Assembly (NCBI GenBank): GCA_963789135.1 | Contig: CAWBJJ010000002.1 | Span: 355,701 to 419,700, forward strand | Length of the DNA: 64,000 nt | Direction: 5' to 3' | Source of the DNA: an uncultured Acidobacteriota bacterium | Lineage (GTDB): Bacteria > Actinomycetota > Acidimicrobiia > Spongiisociales > ZC4RG35 | Shown: positions 22,376-32,256 of the stretch, piece after piece | How positions within the stretch are numbered: the first letter of the stretch is position 1 | Layout: the number at the start of each line of letters is the position of its first letter | Position numbers and translations under genes: made by a program | The notes under the pieces: model-generated | Told to the model about the DNA's origin: nothing | Databases searched by the model: none | What the model saw: the letters and a program-made list of their open reading frames with translations, nothing else

Positions 22376-23132
22376 CCTTCCTGCAGACCTCGACCACCTG
22401 TTCGAGAACAGGGAAGATCCGGACGTCAAACGGGAGCTCGTCGAGACTTTCGACGGCCTTGCACAGCGCCTGGCGAGGAGGTTCCGGGGCCGGGGCGTCG
22501 CCCTCGACGATCTGGTGCAGGTCGCCCGGTATGGGCTGTTGAAGGCGATCGATCGGTTCGACCCGGAGCGAGAGGTCCTGTTCACCACCTACGCCGGCCG
22601 CACCATCGTGGGAGAGATCAAGCACTACTTCCGTGATCAGGCGTGGTCGGTGCGAGTGCCCCGCTCGCTGCAGAACCTGTGGCTGGAGGTGTCCCGGGTC
22701 GTCGAGGAGTTGACCCACGCTCTGGGCAGGTCGCCCACGATCACCGAGATCGCCGAGCAACTCGAGGTCGACGAGGAGTCCGTGCTCGAAGCGCTCGATG
22801 CCGGAGGGGCCTACACGGCGGCTTCGCTCGATCGGCCCATCGACGAGAGCGGCGAGGTGGCCGTTGTCGACCAGATCGGGGAGCCGGACCCCGGTTTCGA
22901 CAGTGCAGCCAGCCGAGGCGAGATGGAGTCCCATCTCAAAGACCTTCCAGAAAGGGAGCGTCGGGTCCTATATCTCCGCTTCTTCGAGGGCCGGACTCAG
23001 GCAGAGATCGCCGACGACATCGGGGTGTCGCAGGTTCATGTTTCGCGGATTCTGACTCGCACCCTCATTCAGCTGCGCGATGCCCTCGACAGCGATTTCG
23101 TGCCCGAGGACGACGGTGATCCCGAACAATGA
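22368..23132 (+). CDS. SigB/SigF/SigG-family RNA polymerase sigma factor
   Basis: DDLVQVARYGLLKAIDRFDP, GEIKHYFRDQAWSVRVPR, GRSPT, LYLRFFEGRTQAEIA, SQVHVSRIL. Confidence 0.95.
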   Translation: MPDLPADLDHLFENREDPDVKRELVETFDGLAQRLARRFRGRGVALDDLVQVARYGLLKAIDRFDPEREVLFTTYAGRTIVGEIKHYFRDQAWSVRVPRSLQNLWLEVSRVVEELTHALGRSPTITEIAEQLEVDEESVLEALDAGGAYTAASLDRPIDESGEVAVVDQIGEPDPGFDSAASRGEMESHLKDLPERERRVLYLRFFEGRTQAEIADDIGVSQVHVSRILTRTLIQLRDALDSDFVPEDDGDPEQ

Positions 23133-23242
23133 TCGTGGCTACGTGCTTTCGCTGGCGGCCGAAGCGGGTAACCACACGGTGTGGCCAGGCGAGGCAGGTG
23201 GTCGTCGGGTCACCCAACGAGCAAGATGGCGAGGTTGCGCCC

Positions 23243-23648
23243 ATGGCTACTGGCGAACGAGTGAGCCGCTCACTACCAGACCAACCCGAAACGAGGATCG
23301 ACCTGTCTGTACCCGGTGTCGATTCACACCTCGGGGTGATCCGTACGGTGGTGGGCCGGGCGGCGATGATCGCCGAGTTCACTTTCGATGGGATCGAAGA
23401 CTTCGCCCTGGCGATACACGAGGCCGCAGCCCTGCTCCTTACCAGCAGCTCCGGACCGGGTCATGATGAGCCTGTGGAGCGACGGGACTGTCCTCTTCGT
23501 GGAGTTGCGCGCCGACGGAGGTGATGGAACATGGCCTGCCCACGACCTCGAGGAAGACATTCGTTGGAACCTGCTCAACGCCTTGTGTGACCGGGTATGG
23601 CTGCTCGAGAACCAGGTCGGGATCGGGCTCTCCCAATCGAAGCGATGA
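23243..23648 (+). CDS. Degenerate RsbW-like anti-sigma protein (frameshifted), paralog of 21571-21936
   Basis: LSVPGVDSHLGVIR...FTFDGIEDFALAIHEAA...TWP...LLNALCDRV. Confidence 0.7.
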
Positions 23649-23670
23649 CCTAATCGACCGTGGGACGTCG

Positions 23671-24402
23671 TCAGGCGGTGAGGATGCATCGCATCTTCTC
23701 CAGGGTGCTGGAGAGGATCCGCGACACATTCATCTGTGACATGCCAACCACTTCGGCGATCTCCCGCTGGTTCATCTCGCAATAGAAGCGGAGATAGAGG
23801 ATCTGCCTCTCACGCGGCGAGCGGTCGGCAAGCACCGGGGCCAGATGCGTCGATCTCGTCGAACAGTTCGACTTCGGGGTCGAGGTGCGCCGAGGCGGTC
23901 GATGGGGCCAATGCCGTCATCCAGCCCGTCGAGACTCTCGGCGCGGAATGCCGATCCCAACGAGGCGGCCTCGGCGACGTCCTCGGAGGTGCATCCGATG
24001 CGATCGGCTATCTCTTCGAGAGTCGGCGAGCGGCCGAGTGCCTGCGACAGTTCTTCGTTGGCTTGCCGGCTCAGGACCCACAGGTCCTTGAGGCGCCTCG
24101 GCACTCCAACCCCCCACGCCGAATCGCGGAAATAGCGCTTCAACTCTCCGAGGATGGTGGGCACGGCAAAGCTGGTGAACCGCTTCCCCATGGTGGGATC
24201 GAAGCGGTCGATTGCATGCAGGAGGGCCAACAGAGCGACCTGGCTCAGATCATCGACGTCCTGGCCACGGTTGGAATATCGCCTCGCGAGGCTGCTTGGC
24301 GAGCGGCAGATACAAGTTCACCAATTCCTCCCGGGCGCCCTCGTCGGGAAGCCTGGTGAACAGTTCGGTGTTCTCGGCGAACTTGGCACTCTCGTCGAAC
24401 AT
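23671..24402 (-). CDS. Second SigB/SigF-family sigma factor (frameshifted)
   Basis: DVDDLSQVALLALLHAIDRFDP, FAVPTILGELKRYFRD, GRSPTLEEIA, LYLRFY...NQREIA...SQMNVSRIL. Confidence 0.9.
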
Positions 24403-24507
24403 GGGGCATTGCTCTACCCCGAAGAGACCAGAGATTCATCCCTGAGTGGACCTCCACGAGGTGACCCGGTCCGGCGAGGTCCCGTTCCTAGACTCCGAGC
24501 CCGGACC

Positions 24508-25444
24508 ATGAGCAGCGACTCGACCCCGGGAGTTTCAACACGAGGCCCTCCTCTATCCGGGGGAGTCGGCGTTCATCGAAGTCGTGCTGCCGTTCGTCCA
24601 GGCAGGCCTGGACAACGAGGAGCGGTCCTGGTGGTCACCTCGCCACCGAAGATCGAGTCTTTGAAGCACGCACTCGGCAAGCGGGCCGCAGCGGTCGCCT
24701 TTCAGGACATGGATCGAGTGGGCGCCAACCCGGCACTGATCATCCCGGCGTGGCGCCGGTTCGTCGATGACAGAGGCAAAGGCACAACCGGGATACGTGG
24801 CGTGGGCGAGCCGATCTCGGCGGCGCGGTCCGGAGCCGAGCTCGTCGAATGTCAGCTCCACGAGGCCCTGCTCAATGTGGCTTTTGCGGAAGTCGACGGC
24901 TTCCGGCTCGCGTGCCCTTACGACACTGAGAGGCTTGCCCCACGCTGTCATCGAGGAGGCGACCCGCAGTCATCCGTATCTCACCCGACACGGCGTTACC
25001 GAGGCCAGCCCAACGGTACACCCCGGAGGTCTCCGATTTTCGGAGCCCGCTTCCGACTCCGCCCGCCGGAGCCGAGACCGTGATGTTTGGAGCGGGTGAC
25101 CACCGGGCAGTGCGCAGGTGGCTGGCGAGCCGGCTCTCCGAGCACGGGATGACACCGGCCCGGAGAGAGGAGATGGTGCTTGCGGTCCATGAGGCCGTCG
25201 TCAACAGCATGACGCATGGTGCTGGGAAGTGGGTGGGTGCGTCTGTGGCGCGAAGAGCAGAAGATGGTCTGTGATGTCGAGGACCTGGGATGGATCGACG
25301 ACCCGATGATCGGGCGCAATCAGCCCGACGTCATCGCAATCCAAGGGCCGCGGCTTGTGGCTCGCCAACCATCTTTGTGACCTGGTTCAGATCCGGTCCC
25401 TGTATTCAGGAACCGTGGTCCGGCTTCACAAAGCGCTGACCTGA
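24508..25444 (+). CDS. MEDS-domain + HATPase anti-sigma regulator (PrsR/RsbA-like, frameshifted)
   Basis: FQHEALLY, VGANPALIIPAW, RGVGEPI, ECQLHEALLNVAF, LACPYD; then LAVHEAVVNS..HG and GRGLWLANHLCDLVQIRS. Confidence 0.85.
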
Positions 25445-25499
25445 CCCCCGCCCTGGCGCAATTTCTCACCTCGAGGGCAGGAAATCGGAGGTGAGGCAT

Positions 25500-25525
25500 G
25501 TTTTCCAGCGGCTGCGGATGGGTAT
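25500..25525 (+). promoter_or_regulatory. SigF/SigB-type promoter
   Basis: GTTT-N16-GGGTAT upstream of the HATPase-STAS-ANTAR genes. Confidence 0.68.
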
Positions 25526-25661
25526 CCCACCTTTCATGGATCCCAGATTCGGCCTGACGAGGTCGAGCGTCGCCGTGTGGCGCCATGAAATCGAGCCGGC
25601 GCTCTGATGGCGGTCAAGGGAGCTGCCCATCATTGAGGGTGGCGTTTCGAACTCGAAACTC

Positions 25662-26027
25662 ATGCGAGATTTTCCTCCTGAGCCGGCGTCCGTTCCCGCT
25701 GCCAGGCACTTCGTCGTCGAGGTATCCGGTGCCCTGGACCTCGAGACCGGCTTTCGGCTGTCGGCGCTCACCTCGGAGTTGGTCAGCAATGCCATCCTCC
25801 ATGCCCGTACCCCGTTCACGGTCAGCGTTTCTCTCGACCCGGAGTCGATCCGGGTCTCGGTGGCCGACGGGAGCACGGCGGCGCCGGTGCCACGCAGGTC
25901 TGGACCGGATCACCCGACGGGTCGCGGATTGCGCATCGTCGAGGCGCTTTCCGACGACTGGGGGATCATCCGGCGTCGGGAGGGAAAAGCGGTCTGGTTC
26001 GAACTGAGGAACACAAGTCGGCAGTAA
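25662..26027 (+). CDS. Anti-sigma-factor-type HATPase_c_2 protein
   Basis: SVPAARHFV, SELVSNAILHA, VSVADGS, GRGLRIVEALSDDWG, GKAVWFEL. Confidence 0.9.
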   Translation: MRDFPPEPASVPAARHFVVEVSGALDLETGFRLSALTSELVSNAILHARTPFTVSVSLDPESIRVSVADGSTAAPVPRRSGPDHPTGRGLRIVEALSDDWGIIRRREGKAVWFELRNTSRQ

Positions 26028-26548
26028 TGGTCGGGTGGAGGGAACCGTCGGCTGAGATTGCTCCTGGGGACCGTTACTATTTGAGCGGCCCCAGACCCTG
26101 GCCCGAGCACACCGACCCGGACCCGTCGGCAGCAATCGTCAAGGGAGCGTCCCTGAATGATCTGTCTGTCGTGTCTGCAGTGTCGATCGAGCCGGTGCTC
26201 CGAGTGAGGTCCGGAGGCCTTCTCATCGTGGCGCGGGGTGAGCCTCATTCCACGCTTGCCCTCTCCGGTGAGCTCGATCTCTCGGGTGTGGCCCGGTTAC
26301 AGACGGCCATCTCCAGCCTCGATCCTGGTGAGCTTCACCACACGATCGATATGCGCGAGGTGGAGTTCATCGACCTCGCCGGCCTGGTAGCGGTATCGGA
26401 GTCGGTGGCCGAACTTCGAGCCATGGGCGCCAGCGTGGATCTGATGCTTTCCGACGCAGTCTCCTGGCTCCTGGCGACATTGGATGCGGCAGGGTGCCCC
26501 GTAACTCTCGTGGGCGAGGCCAGCCAGCCGCCTGCCTTTCCGGGGTAG
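26027..26548 (+). CDS. STAS-domain protein (anti-anti-sigma-like; start uncertain)
   Basis: LALSGELDLSG...IDMREVEFIDLAGL. Leu sits where the phospho-Ser normally is. Confidence 0.72.
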   Translation: MVGWREPSAEIAPGDRYYLSGPRPWPEHTDPDPSAAIVKGASLNDLSVVSAVSIEPVLRVRSGGLLIVARGEPHSTLALSGELDLSGVARLQTAISSLDPGELHHTIDMREVEFIDLAGLVAVSESVAELRAMGASVDLMLSDAVSWLLATLDAAGCPVTLVGEASQPPAFPG

Positions 26549-26567
26549 CCTCACTGAACGTTTGGGG

Positions 26568-27291
26568 GTGAGCTCTGGAGTCTCGTGAGCAACGGCTCGT
26601 TCGGGCATTTGTCGAGTTATCCGACATGTTGGTCGGAGACTTCGACGTCTCGGACCTGCTCTACACGCTCGTGGAGCATTGTCTCGAGCTCTTCGATGTC
26701 GAAGCGGTAGGCCTTCTCCTGGTCGACGATGCAGGTGAGCTCGAAGCCATCGCCCACTCAGCGCCTGAGGTTCGTTTCATCGAGCTCCTGGAGGTCAACC
26801 GAAAGGAAGGCCCGTGTTTCGACGCCTTTCAATCGGGGGAGCAGGTGATCAGCGCCGATCTCGAGGCTGACATCGACCGTTGGCCCGTGGTCGCTTCCGA
26901 GTGCTTGCGCGTGGGATACCGCTCCGCACACGGAGTTCCACTCCAAATTCGGGAGCAGAGGATCGGGGCGATGAACCTCTTCAGGGTGAATCCAGGATCG
27001 CTCCCCGAGGACGATCACGACACATTGCGTGCCCTCGCCGAGATCGCGACGATCTCGGTCCTTCACGATCGGGAGCTCAGCGACGCCCGGCGAATCACCG
27101 ATCAGCTTCAGGTCGCGCTCAGCACGAGAGTTGTGATCGAGCAGGCGAAAGGCATGGTCGCGGGTGGCGTCGAGCTCGACCTGGATGAGTCATTTCGCCG
27201 ATTGCGTCGTTACGCACGTAATCACGGGTTCCGCCTCGACGAGGTCGCCCGACGGGTGGTCTCGGGAGAGTTGGGCCCCGGCGACCTGTGA
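26568..27291 (+). CDS. GAF-ANTAR RNA-binding antitermination regulator
   Basis: AFVELSDMLVGDFDV, EGPCFDAF, IGAMNLF, QLQVALSTRVVIEQAKG, FRRLRRYARNHG. Start is approximate because of a frameshift. Confidence 0.92.
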
Positions 27292-27312
27292 CGGATTTCA
27301 CCCGGCAATAGA

Positions 27313-27342
27313 GAAGGGGGCAGGGAAACCCCTGCCCCCTTC
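27313..27342. terminator. Hairpin between convergent genes
   Basis: 13-bp stem GAAGGGGGCAGGG / CCCTGCCCCCTTC. Confidence 0.75.
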
Positions 27343-27360
27343 AGTTGGCCGGTTGTGGCC

Positions 27361-27548
27361 TCAACCTCCGCTCGAAGAGGTGGTATCAGCCACTGACGTG
27401 GTGGTACTCGGCTTCCGATGGTTGTCGACGGGAGATCGGTGCCCAGCGTCGTCGACGTCCCGTCGTTGTCGTCGGTGCATGCCGTCAAGGACAGCCCGAG
27501 CACCAGCGCTGCGATGCCGGCACCGATGCGCTTGTCGAGCCGACTCAC
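27361..27548 (-). CDS. Small Thr/Ser-rich lipoprotein (one frameshift)
   Basis: Signal peptide with lipobox LTAC, tail STTTSVADTTSSSGG, and a GTGA overlap with csbD. Confidence 0.62.
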
Positions 27549-27799
27549 GCCGCCATCCGCCTGATCGCATCCAGTATCGAATCACTGGCCTCGCCGGTCT
27601 TTTCCTTGATCGTCCCGACCAGCTGCTCCAGGCTGCCTCGCCCCTGATCCATCTCGTCGTCGGTCAGGTCGCCCCAGTGCTCCCGAATGGACCCTTTGAA
27701 CTGCTGCCAGGCACCCTCGTCCTGCATCTTCTGCGCCCAGTCGGACAGCTCCTGGTCCATGTCGCGCTGATCCACCTCGTTCATTTCACGGTCAGTCAT
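27545..27799 (-). CDS. csbD: CsbD-family general stress protein
   Basis: EGAWQQFKGSIREHWGDLTDDE...EQLVGTIKEKTGE; SD AAGGAGG. Confidence 0.9.
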   Translation of the reverse strand: MTDREMNEVDQRDMDQELSDWAQKMQDEGAWQQFKGSIREHWGDLTDDEMDQGRGSLEQLVGTIKEKTGEASDSILDAIRRMAA

Positions 27800-27850
27800 T
27801 GCAAATACCTCCTTGGCGATTGCGTGCCGTGGATTCTCGGCATGGGATGC

Positions 27851-27876
27851 GTTCCCCGCCCACGTCCCCTTGAAAC
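27851..27876 (-). promoter_or_regulatory. SigF/SigB-type promoter for csbD
   Basis: Minus strand GTTT-N16-GGGAAC. Confidence 0.65.
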
Positions 27877-27955
27877 GGCCGGACGGCCCGCCATACCCGG
27901 TTGTCGGAGCCTCGGCTATTATCTGCGCTCCTTCAACTGACTGGCTCAGGGCTAC

Positions 27956-28267
27956 ATGACAGCGTTCGCTTATAGCGTCGACAGACGCGACTCACACGTG
28001 ACCCTTCACCTGACGGGTGAAGTCGATCTCGCCGCTGCCCCCGGGCTCGAGAGCGCCCTCGACACCGTCATCGACGACTCCGACGAGGTCGTGCTCGACA
28101 TAGCCGATGTCACGTTCCTCGACTCGAGCGGGCTCCGAGTTCTGGTGGCGGCCCACAATCGGTGCTCGGAGACCGGCAAGAGCCTGACCCTGGTCAACCC
28201 TTCAGCGGCTGTGTCCCGAATCCTGGAGATCACCGGTTTGGGCAAGACTCTCCTGCTTGACAGTTAG
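27956..28267 (+). CDS. STAS anti-anti-sigma factor (RsbV/SpoIIAA-like)
   Basis: LTGEVDLAAAP, VTFLDSSGLRVL (phospho-Ser retained), RILEITGL. Confidence 0.92.
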   Translation: MTAFAYSVDRRDSHVTLHLTGEVDLAAAPGLESALDTVIDDSDEVVLDIADVTFLDSSGLRVLVAAHNRCSETGKSLTLVNPSAAVSRILEITGLGKTLLLDS

Positions 28268-30062
28268 AGCGCCGGTCTCGGTGACCCGGACCAGGAGGAT
28301 CGAGGCGTCGTCCGCCCTTGCCCGTTCCGGTTGAACCGCGACCAACTCGTCGGCCAGAGCTCCCAGATCATCCGTGTGCGCCACCACCCGCGCCGCCAAC
28401 TCGTAGATCGACTCATACAGGTCACGCCCCGGCTCCTCGATGAGCCCGTCGGTGAACATGATCAGAAGGTCACCTGCTCCGAGAGACACTGAGGCCTCGC
28501 TTCGCAGTCCATCCGGGGAGATCCCTATCGGAGTGTCGGTCCCCTTGTCCATCAGCTCGATGGCGCCGTTGGCCCGGCAGAGGATGGCGGGGACATGGCC
28601 GGCCCGGCTGTACCGCATGCCACCAGTGGCAGCCGAGATCAACGCATAGAAGATCGTGATCAACTCGGTGGTCTGAATCGTCTGATCGATGATCTCCAAC
28701 TGGCGGGCAGGTCCTCCCGAGCCGGCGTGAGCCAACCCTCTCAGCATGTTCCGCATCTCAGCCATGTGGGCCACGGACTGTGGCCCGTGTCCGGCTACGT
28801 CGCCGACGACGAGAGCGAGGTCGCCGTTGCCGTCGAAGAAGGCGTCATACCAGTCACCACCGGCACCGGCCCGTGTCGCCGAAGGCACATACCTGACCTC
28901 CATGTCCAGGCCTTCGACTTGGGGAAGCGACTCCGCGCCGAACCAGCGAAGGAGGCCATCGACCAGGTCACGGTGCTCAGCCAGGGCACGAGCATCGTTC
29001 CCGACTCGCGGTGATGGCACTCCAGGCGGCGAGGATGGAAAGCACGAACAGGGAGCCGACCAGGACAATGGTGAGTGTCACTGCCCTCCGCGCCTCGGCG
29101 ATCCCGTCGACGGCACTGTCCCTGACTGCATCGTTGAGCTGCACTGCGGAGTCGTGGATCAGGTCGATCTCGGCGGTGGCGATCGCAAACCACGATTGTG
29201 GGGTCGCGTCTCCTCGCTCACCCGAGACGATCCGCTCCAGCATCCCCACCACCGCGCCCGCCTCCGCCGAGTCGGTCAGCCCGGCGATATGGGTCCGCTC
29301 CTCCTCGGTTAGGAGTGCCTGGGCGGCGCGCAGGTTGACGTCCACCTCGCGGGCGAGAATGGAGAGCTGAATCTCCTGCTGTCTGGTGATCTCTTCCGAT
29401 GAGGCGAGCAGCCGGGCAACCACAGCGCGCCTCGTTGCCAGGGAGGAGGATGCATCGAGCAGCGCGAGGACTGCCCTTCTCATCCGGACGTCTTCAGCAT
29501 CCGTGGTGAGCAATGCGACGTCGGACAGGGTCTGGTGAATGGGCTCGACGAGCGCCGAGTAGAGGTCGACCGGAGCCTCGGCCTCGGCATTGGTGACGGC
29601 CGACCTCACCTCGCCTAGCGGGGCGAGGGTTGCGGCGACCCCGCTGAGAGCGCCCTGCTCTTCTTGCCGGAGGGCGCCACCACTGACCACCCAGGTGTCT
29701 GAGAACTCTTCTGCGACTTCATCGGTGGCAGGGAAGGTCGCCTCGTAGTCGGCCTGGTCACTGGGATCGCCACTGGCGAGATAGAGCTCGCCAAGGCCGC
29801 GCTCTCTCTGCAGGGCGGCCAGGAGGGCGATCGAGCTGTCGGAGATCCTGGTTATCTCCACCGATCGCCGCGAATCGCGGGCCTCGGCCAGTGAGCTTCG
29901 CACCAGGACCACAACGGTGATTCCGAGCCCGACCACCACGAGCAGGGCAAGCGCGGCCACGATCGCGGGCGAACCGATTCGCTCGACCCGACGCGACGCC
30001 CCCGGTGCGGGTGCGCCCGTGCTCACGGTTTCGGGGAGGGAGGAATGGCGCCATGTTGCCAT
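28202..30062 (-). CDS. Membrane NIT-type sensor fused to a SpoIIE/PP2C phosphatase (frameshift near 29000; true stop may be ~28264)
   Basis: TM, LQRERG helical sensor, TM, then GGDWYD, VVGDVAGHG, AGHVP, FTDGLIE, DDASIL. Confidence 0.8.
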
Positions 30063-30119
30063 TCGTCGTCAACGAGCGAAAGGCGCAGCCATGAACCTCA
30101 GATCAGGGTGCGGCTCTGG

Positions 30120-30599
30120 TCAGCGGCTGTCATTGAAGGTGACCAAAGGGACGTAGAACCAGGCCCAGCCGAGGATCAACGCCACGAGGACCGTCGCCAG
30201 CGCCACGGCGAAGCCGGCGAGCAGGATCGACATGACCAGGTAGACCGCGGCGATCAGTGCTACCGCGAACACCACCGTTCCCGCGATCCCGATCCGGATC
30301 GTGATCTGCAGGTGTCGGGCGGAGTGGCGTCTCACGCCGCTGAAGGGCGCCCGAATTCGCTGATGGGCACTGGGTGCGATGAGGAGGATCGATGCCACGG
30401 CCGACCCGAAGAAGGCTATGAAGAAGGCCGTTTTCTCCGGGTTGCTCAGCTCTTGAAACGACTGCTGGAACGGGAGGATGAGCAAGAAAGCGAACAGGAC
30501 CTGGACGCCGGGAAGGGTGGTGCGCAACCCCTCCATGAATGCCCGAAATGCGTCATCTACCTCGTTTTCGGCCATGTTCCGCCGGCTGTCGCTCATCAC
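30120..30599 (-). CDS. DUF6328-family membrane protein
   Basis: GLRTTLPGVQVLFAFLLILPFQQSF, LLIAPSAHQRI, four TMs. Confidence 0.8.
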   Translation of the reverse strand: MMSDSRRNMAENEVDDAFRAFMEGLRTTLPGVQVLFAFLLILPFQQSFQELSNPEKTAFFIAFFGSAVASILLIAPSAHQRIRAPFSGVRRHSARHLQITIRIGIAGTVVFAVALIAAVYLVMSILLAGFAVALATVLVALILGWAWFYVPLVTFNDSR

Positions 30600-30684
30600 C
30601 TGCGCCCTTCGCCCGGCGCAACAGTAGGCGACGGGTGAACCCGGGGCCTGATGCGCTCTTGTACCCGTTCTGAACGAGTCTGAT

Positions 30685-30762
30685 CAGCTCCTCGTTTGGA
30701 GGCTCCTCCGCCTTGCCCTTGCCCAGTTCCTCGTTTGGAGGCTCCTCCGCCTTGCCCTTGCC
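30685..30762. repeat. 39-bp tandem duplication (2 copies, 1 mismatch)
   Basis: CAG(C/T)TCCTCGTTTGGAGGCTCCTCCGCCTTGCCCTTGCC at 30685-30723 and 30724-30762. Confidence 0.9.
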
Positions 30763-30773
30763 CATCGGCTTTG

Positions 30774-30977
30774 TCAGCCCTCGAGCGTCGGCGGCGTCAA
30801 CGTGGTCTCGGTGCCCGATTCCGGCTGGCCGAAGACCACGAACAGGAGGGCGAATGCCGCGATCACCAGCATCACGATCACCCATGTCTTCCAGGAGGAC
30901 CCGATCCGCCTCTCCTCGATGGGATCTGCCTGAATGTGGTCCATTTCCTGAGCGGACTCGAAACCGCTGGGGTACAT
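30774..30977 (-). CDS. 67-aa single-TM small protein
   Basis: SD GGAGGA, hydrophobic segment WVIVMLVIAAFALLFVVF, SigF-type promoter upstream. Confidence 0.7.
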   Translation of the reverse strand: MYPSGFESAQEMDHIQADPIEERRIGSSWKTWVIVMLVIAAFALLFVVFGQPESGTETTLTPPTLEG

Positions 30978-31017
30978 GATCTTCCTCCAGGTTGGGATCC
31001 TTCCCCTGACTTCAGCC

Positions 31018-31044
31018 CTACCCGGCTCGCCTGTGGCTGAAACC
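31018..31044 (-). promoter_or_regulatory. SigF/SigB-type promoter
   Basis: Minus strand GGTTT-N16-GGGTAG. Confidence 0.72.
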
Positions 31045-31053
31045 TCTGCCCGG

Positions 31054-32136
31054 TCAGCGGATCAGGAGCGGGATCTCGATCTCTTCGGGGATCAGCCCGC
31101 CGTGATAGCAACGAAGCCTCTTGTCGAATCCCGGAGGCAGGATCACCTTGCCGGCGGGCGGGACGACCAGGTTCTCGCCGAGCCGACGTCGGGCGATATC
31201 GGTCATCCCGGGCCCGACGAGGCCGGTGGGATCGACCCTGGTCCCGCCGGTGCTCGCGATCAGCTCGTCGATGAGAGAAGGCAGGCCCCAGGCGAGAACC
31301 CCCCGGGGGTCACCGGCGAATCGCACCCCGTCGAAGGCGGGGTCCCTGACCAGGATCTTGTCCTCTTCCCGGTACTCGACCAGGCCGTGGTCGGCGGTCC
31401 CGATCAGGGCGACGTTCGAGGGCAATCGCCGCTGGAGTTCGTCCCACAGGACGCCGGCCTCCCGAATCGCTCTGGCGAACTCATCAGACAGGAGACCGTG
31501 TACGTGACCTGCGAAGTCGACCGGCCAGAAATACGTGAATATGAGTCGGCCGGGACGGCTTGCCAGCTGCACCGTCGCCTCGACCATATCCCGGTCATCC
31601 CAGGCGCTCTCGAAGCGGGCACCGCGATAGAGGAGACGTGAGAGGGGGCTGCCCTGGAAAGGCCCGGGCTGGACCGTTATCGCCTCGACGCCTGCAGTCA
31701 CCAGTCGCTCCCAGAGATTGGGGCCGGGAAGCACTGAGGCATAGTCGTGGGCCACAGGGAGCCCGGCCAGGTCGACCCATTTCAAGGTGTTCACGACACC
31801 GCCTGCCTCCTCGATCCACGCCAGGTGTGAGACCAGGCCGTGGGCCGCCGGTGGCAATCCGGTGGCCACGGTGGCTAGAGAGACGCTGGTCGTGCTGGGG
31901 AACGGGGCGTGCAGCGTCCCCCTGTTGGCCGACAGCAACGATCCTGCATCCGGGTGAGACAACTGGGCGACGCCCAGCCCGTCGAAGAGGACCAGGACGT
32001 AGGTGTCGGCCTCGGGGATCACTGCCGCGAGGTCCGACCGCAGCCCCGGTGCAGGGGCGGCGCCCGAGAGTCGTCCCTCGATCTCGGCGACGAGGTTGAC
32101 CAGGCCTCCACCGGCATAGTCGGGGCTCTCGAACAC
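31054..32136 (-). CDS. Alkaline phosphatase-superfamily nucleotide pyrophosphatase/phosphodiesterase
   Basis: LVLFDGLG, PFPSTT...TGLPPAAHG, DFAGHVHG, TADHG, HGGLIPEE. Confidence 0.88.
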   Translation of the reverse strand: MFESPDYAGGGLVNLVAEIEGRLSGAAPAPGLRSDLAAVIPEADTYVLVLFDGLGVAQLSHPDAGSLLSANRGTLHAPFPSTTSVSLATVATGLPPAAHGLVSHLAWIEEAGGVVNTLKWVDLAGLPVAHDYASVLPGPNLWERLVTAGVEAITVQPGPFQGSPLSRLLYRGARFESAWDDRDMVEATVQLASRPGRLIFTYFWPVDFAGHVHGLLSDEFARAIREAGVLWDELQRRLPSNVALIGTADHGLVEYREEDKILVRDPAFDGVRFAGDPRGVLAWGLPSLIDELIASTGGTRVDPTGLVGPGMTDIARRRLGENLVVPPAGKVILPPGFDKRLRCYHGGLIPEEIEIPLLIR

Positions 32137-32256
32137 CGGAGCAGGCTATTGCCTGGGCCGGATCGGCTGCCAAATCGGCCGGTTTCTCGGTGACTTCGGG
32201 CTTCCGGATGCCCTGCGTATACTCGCCGCCGGGTCGAATCCCCGACAGAAAAAGGC

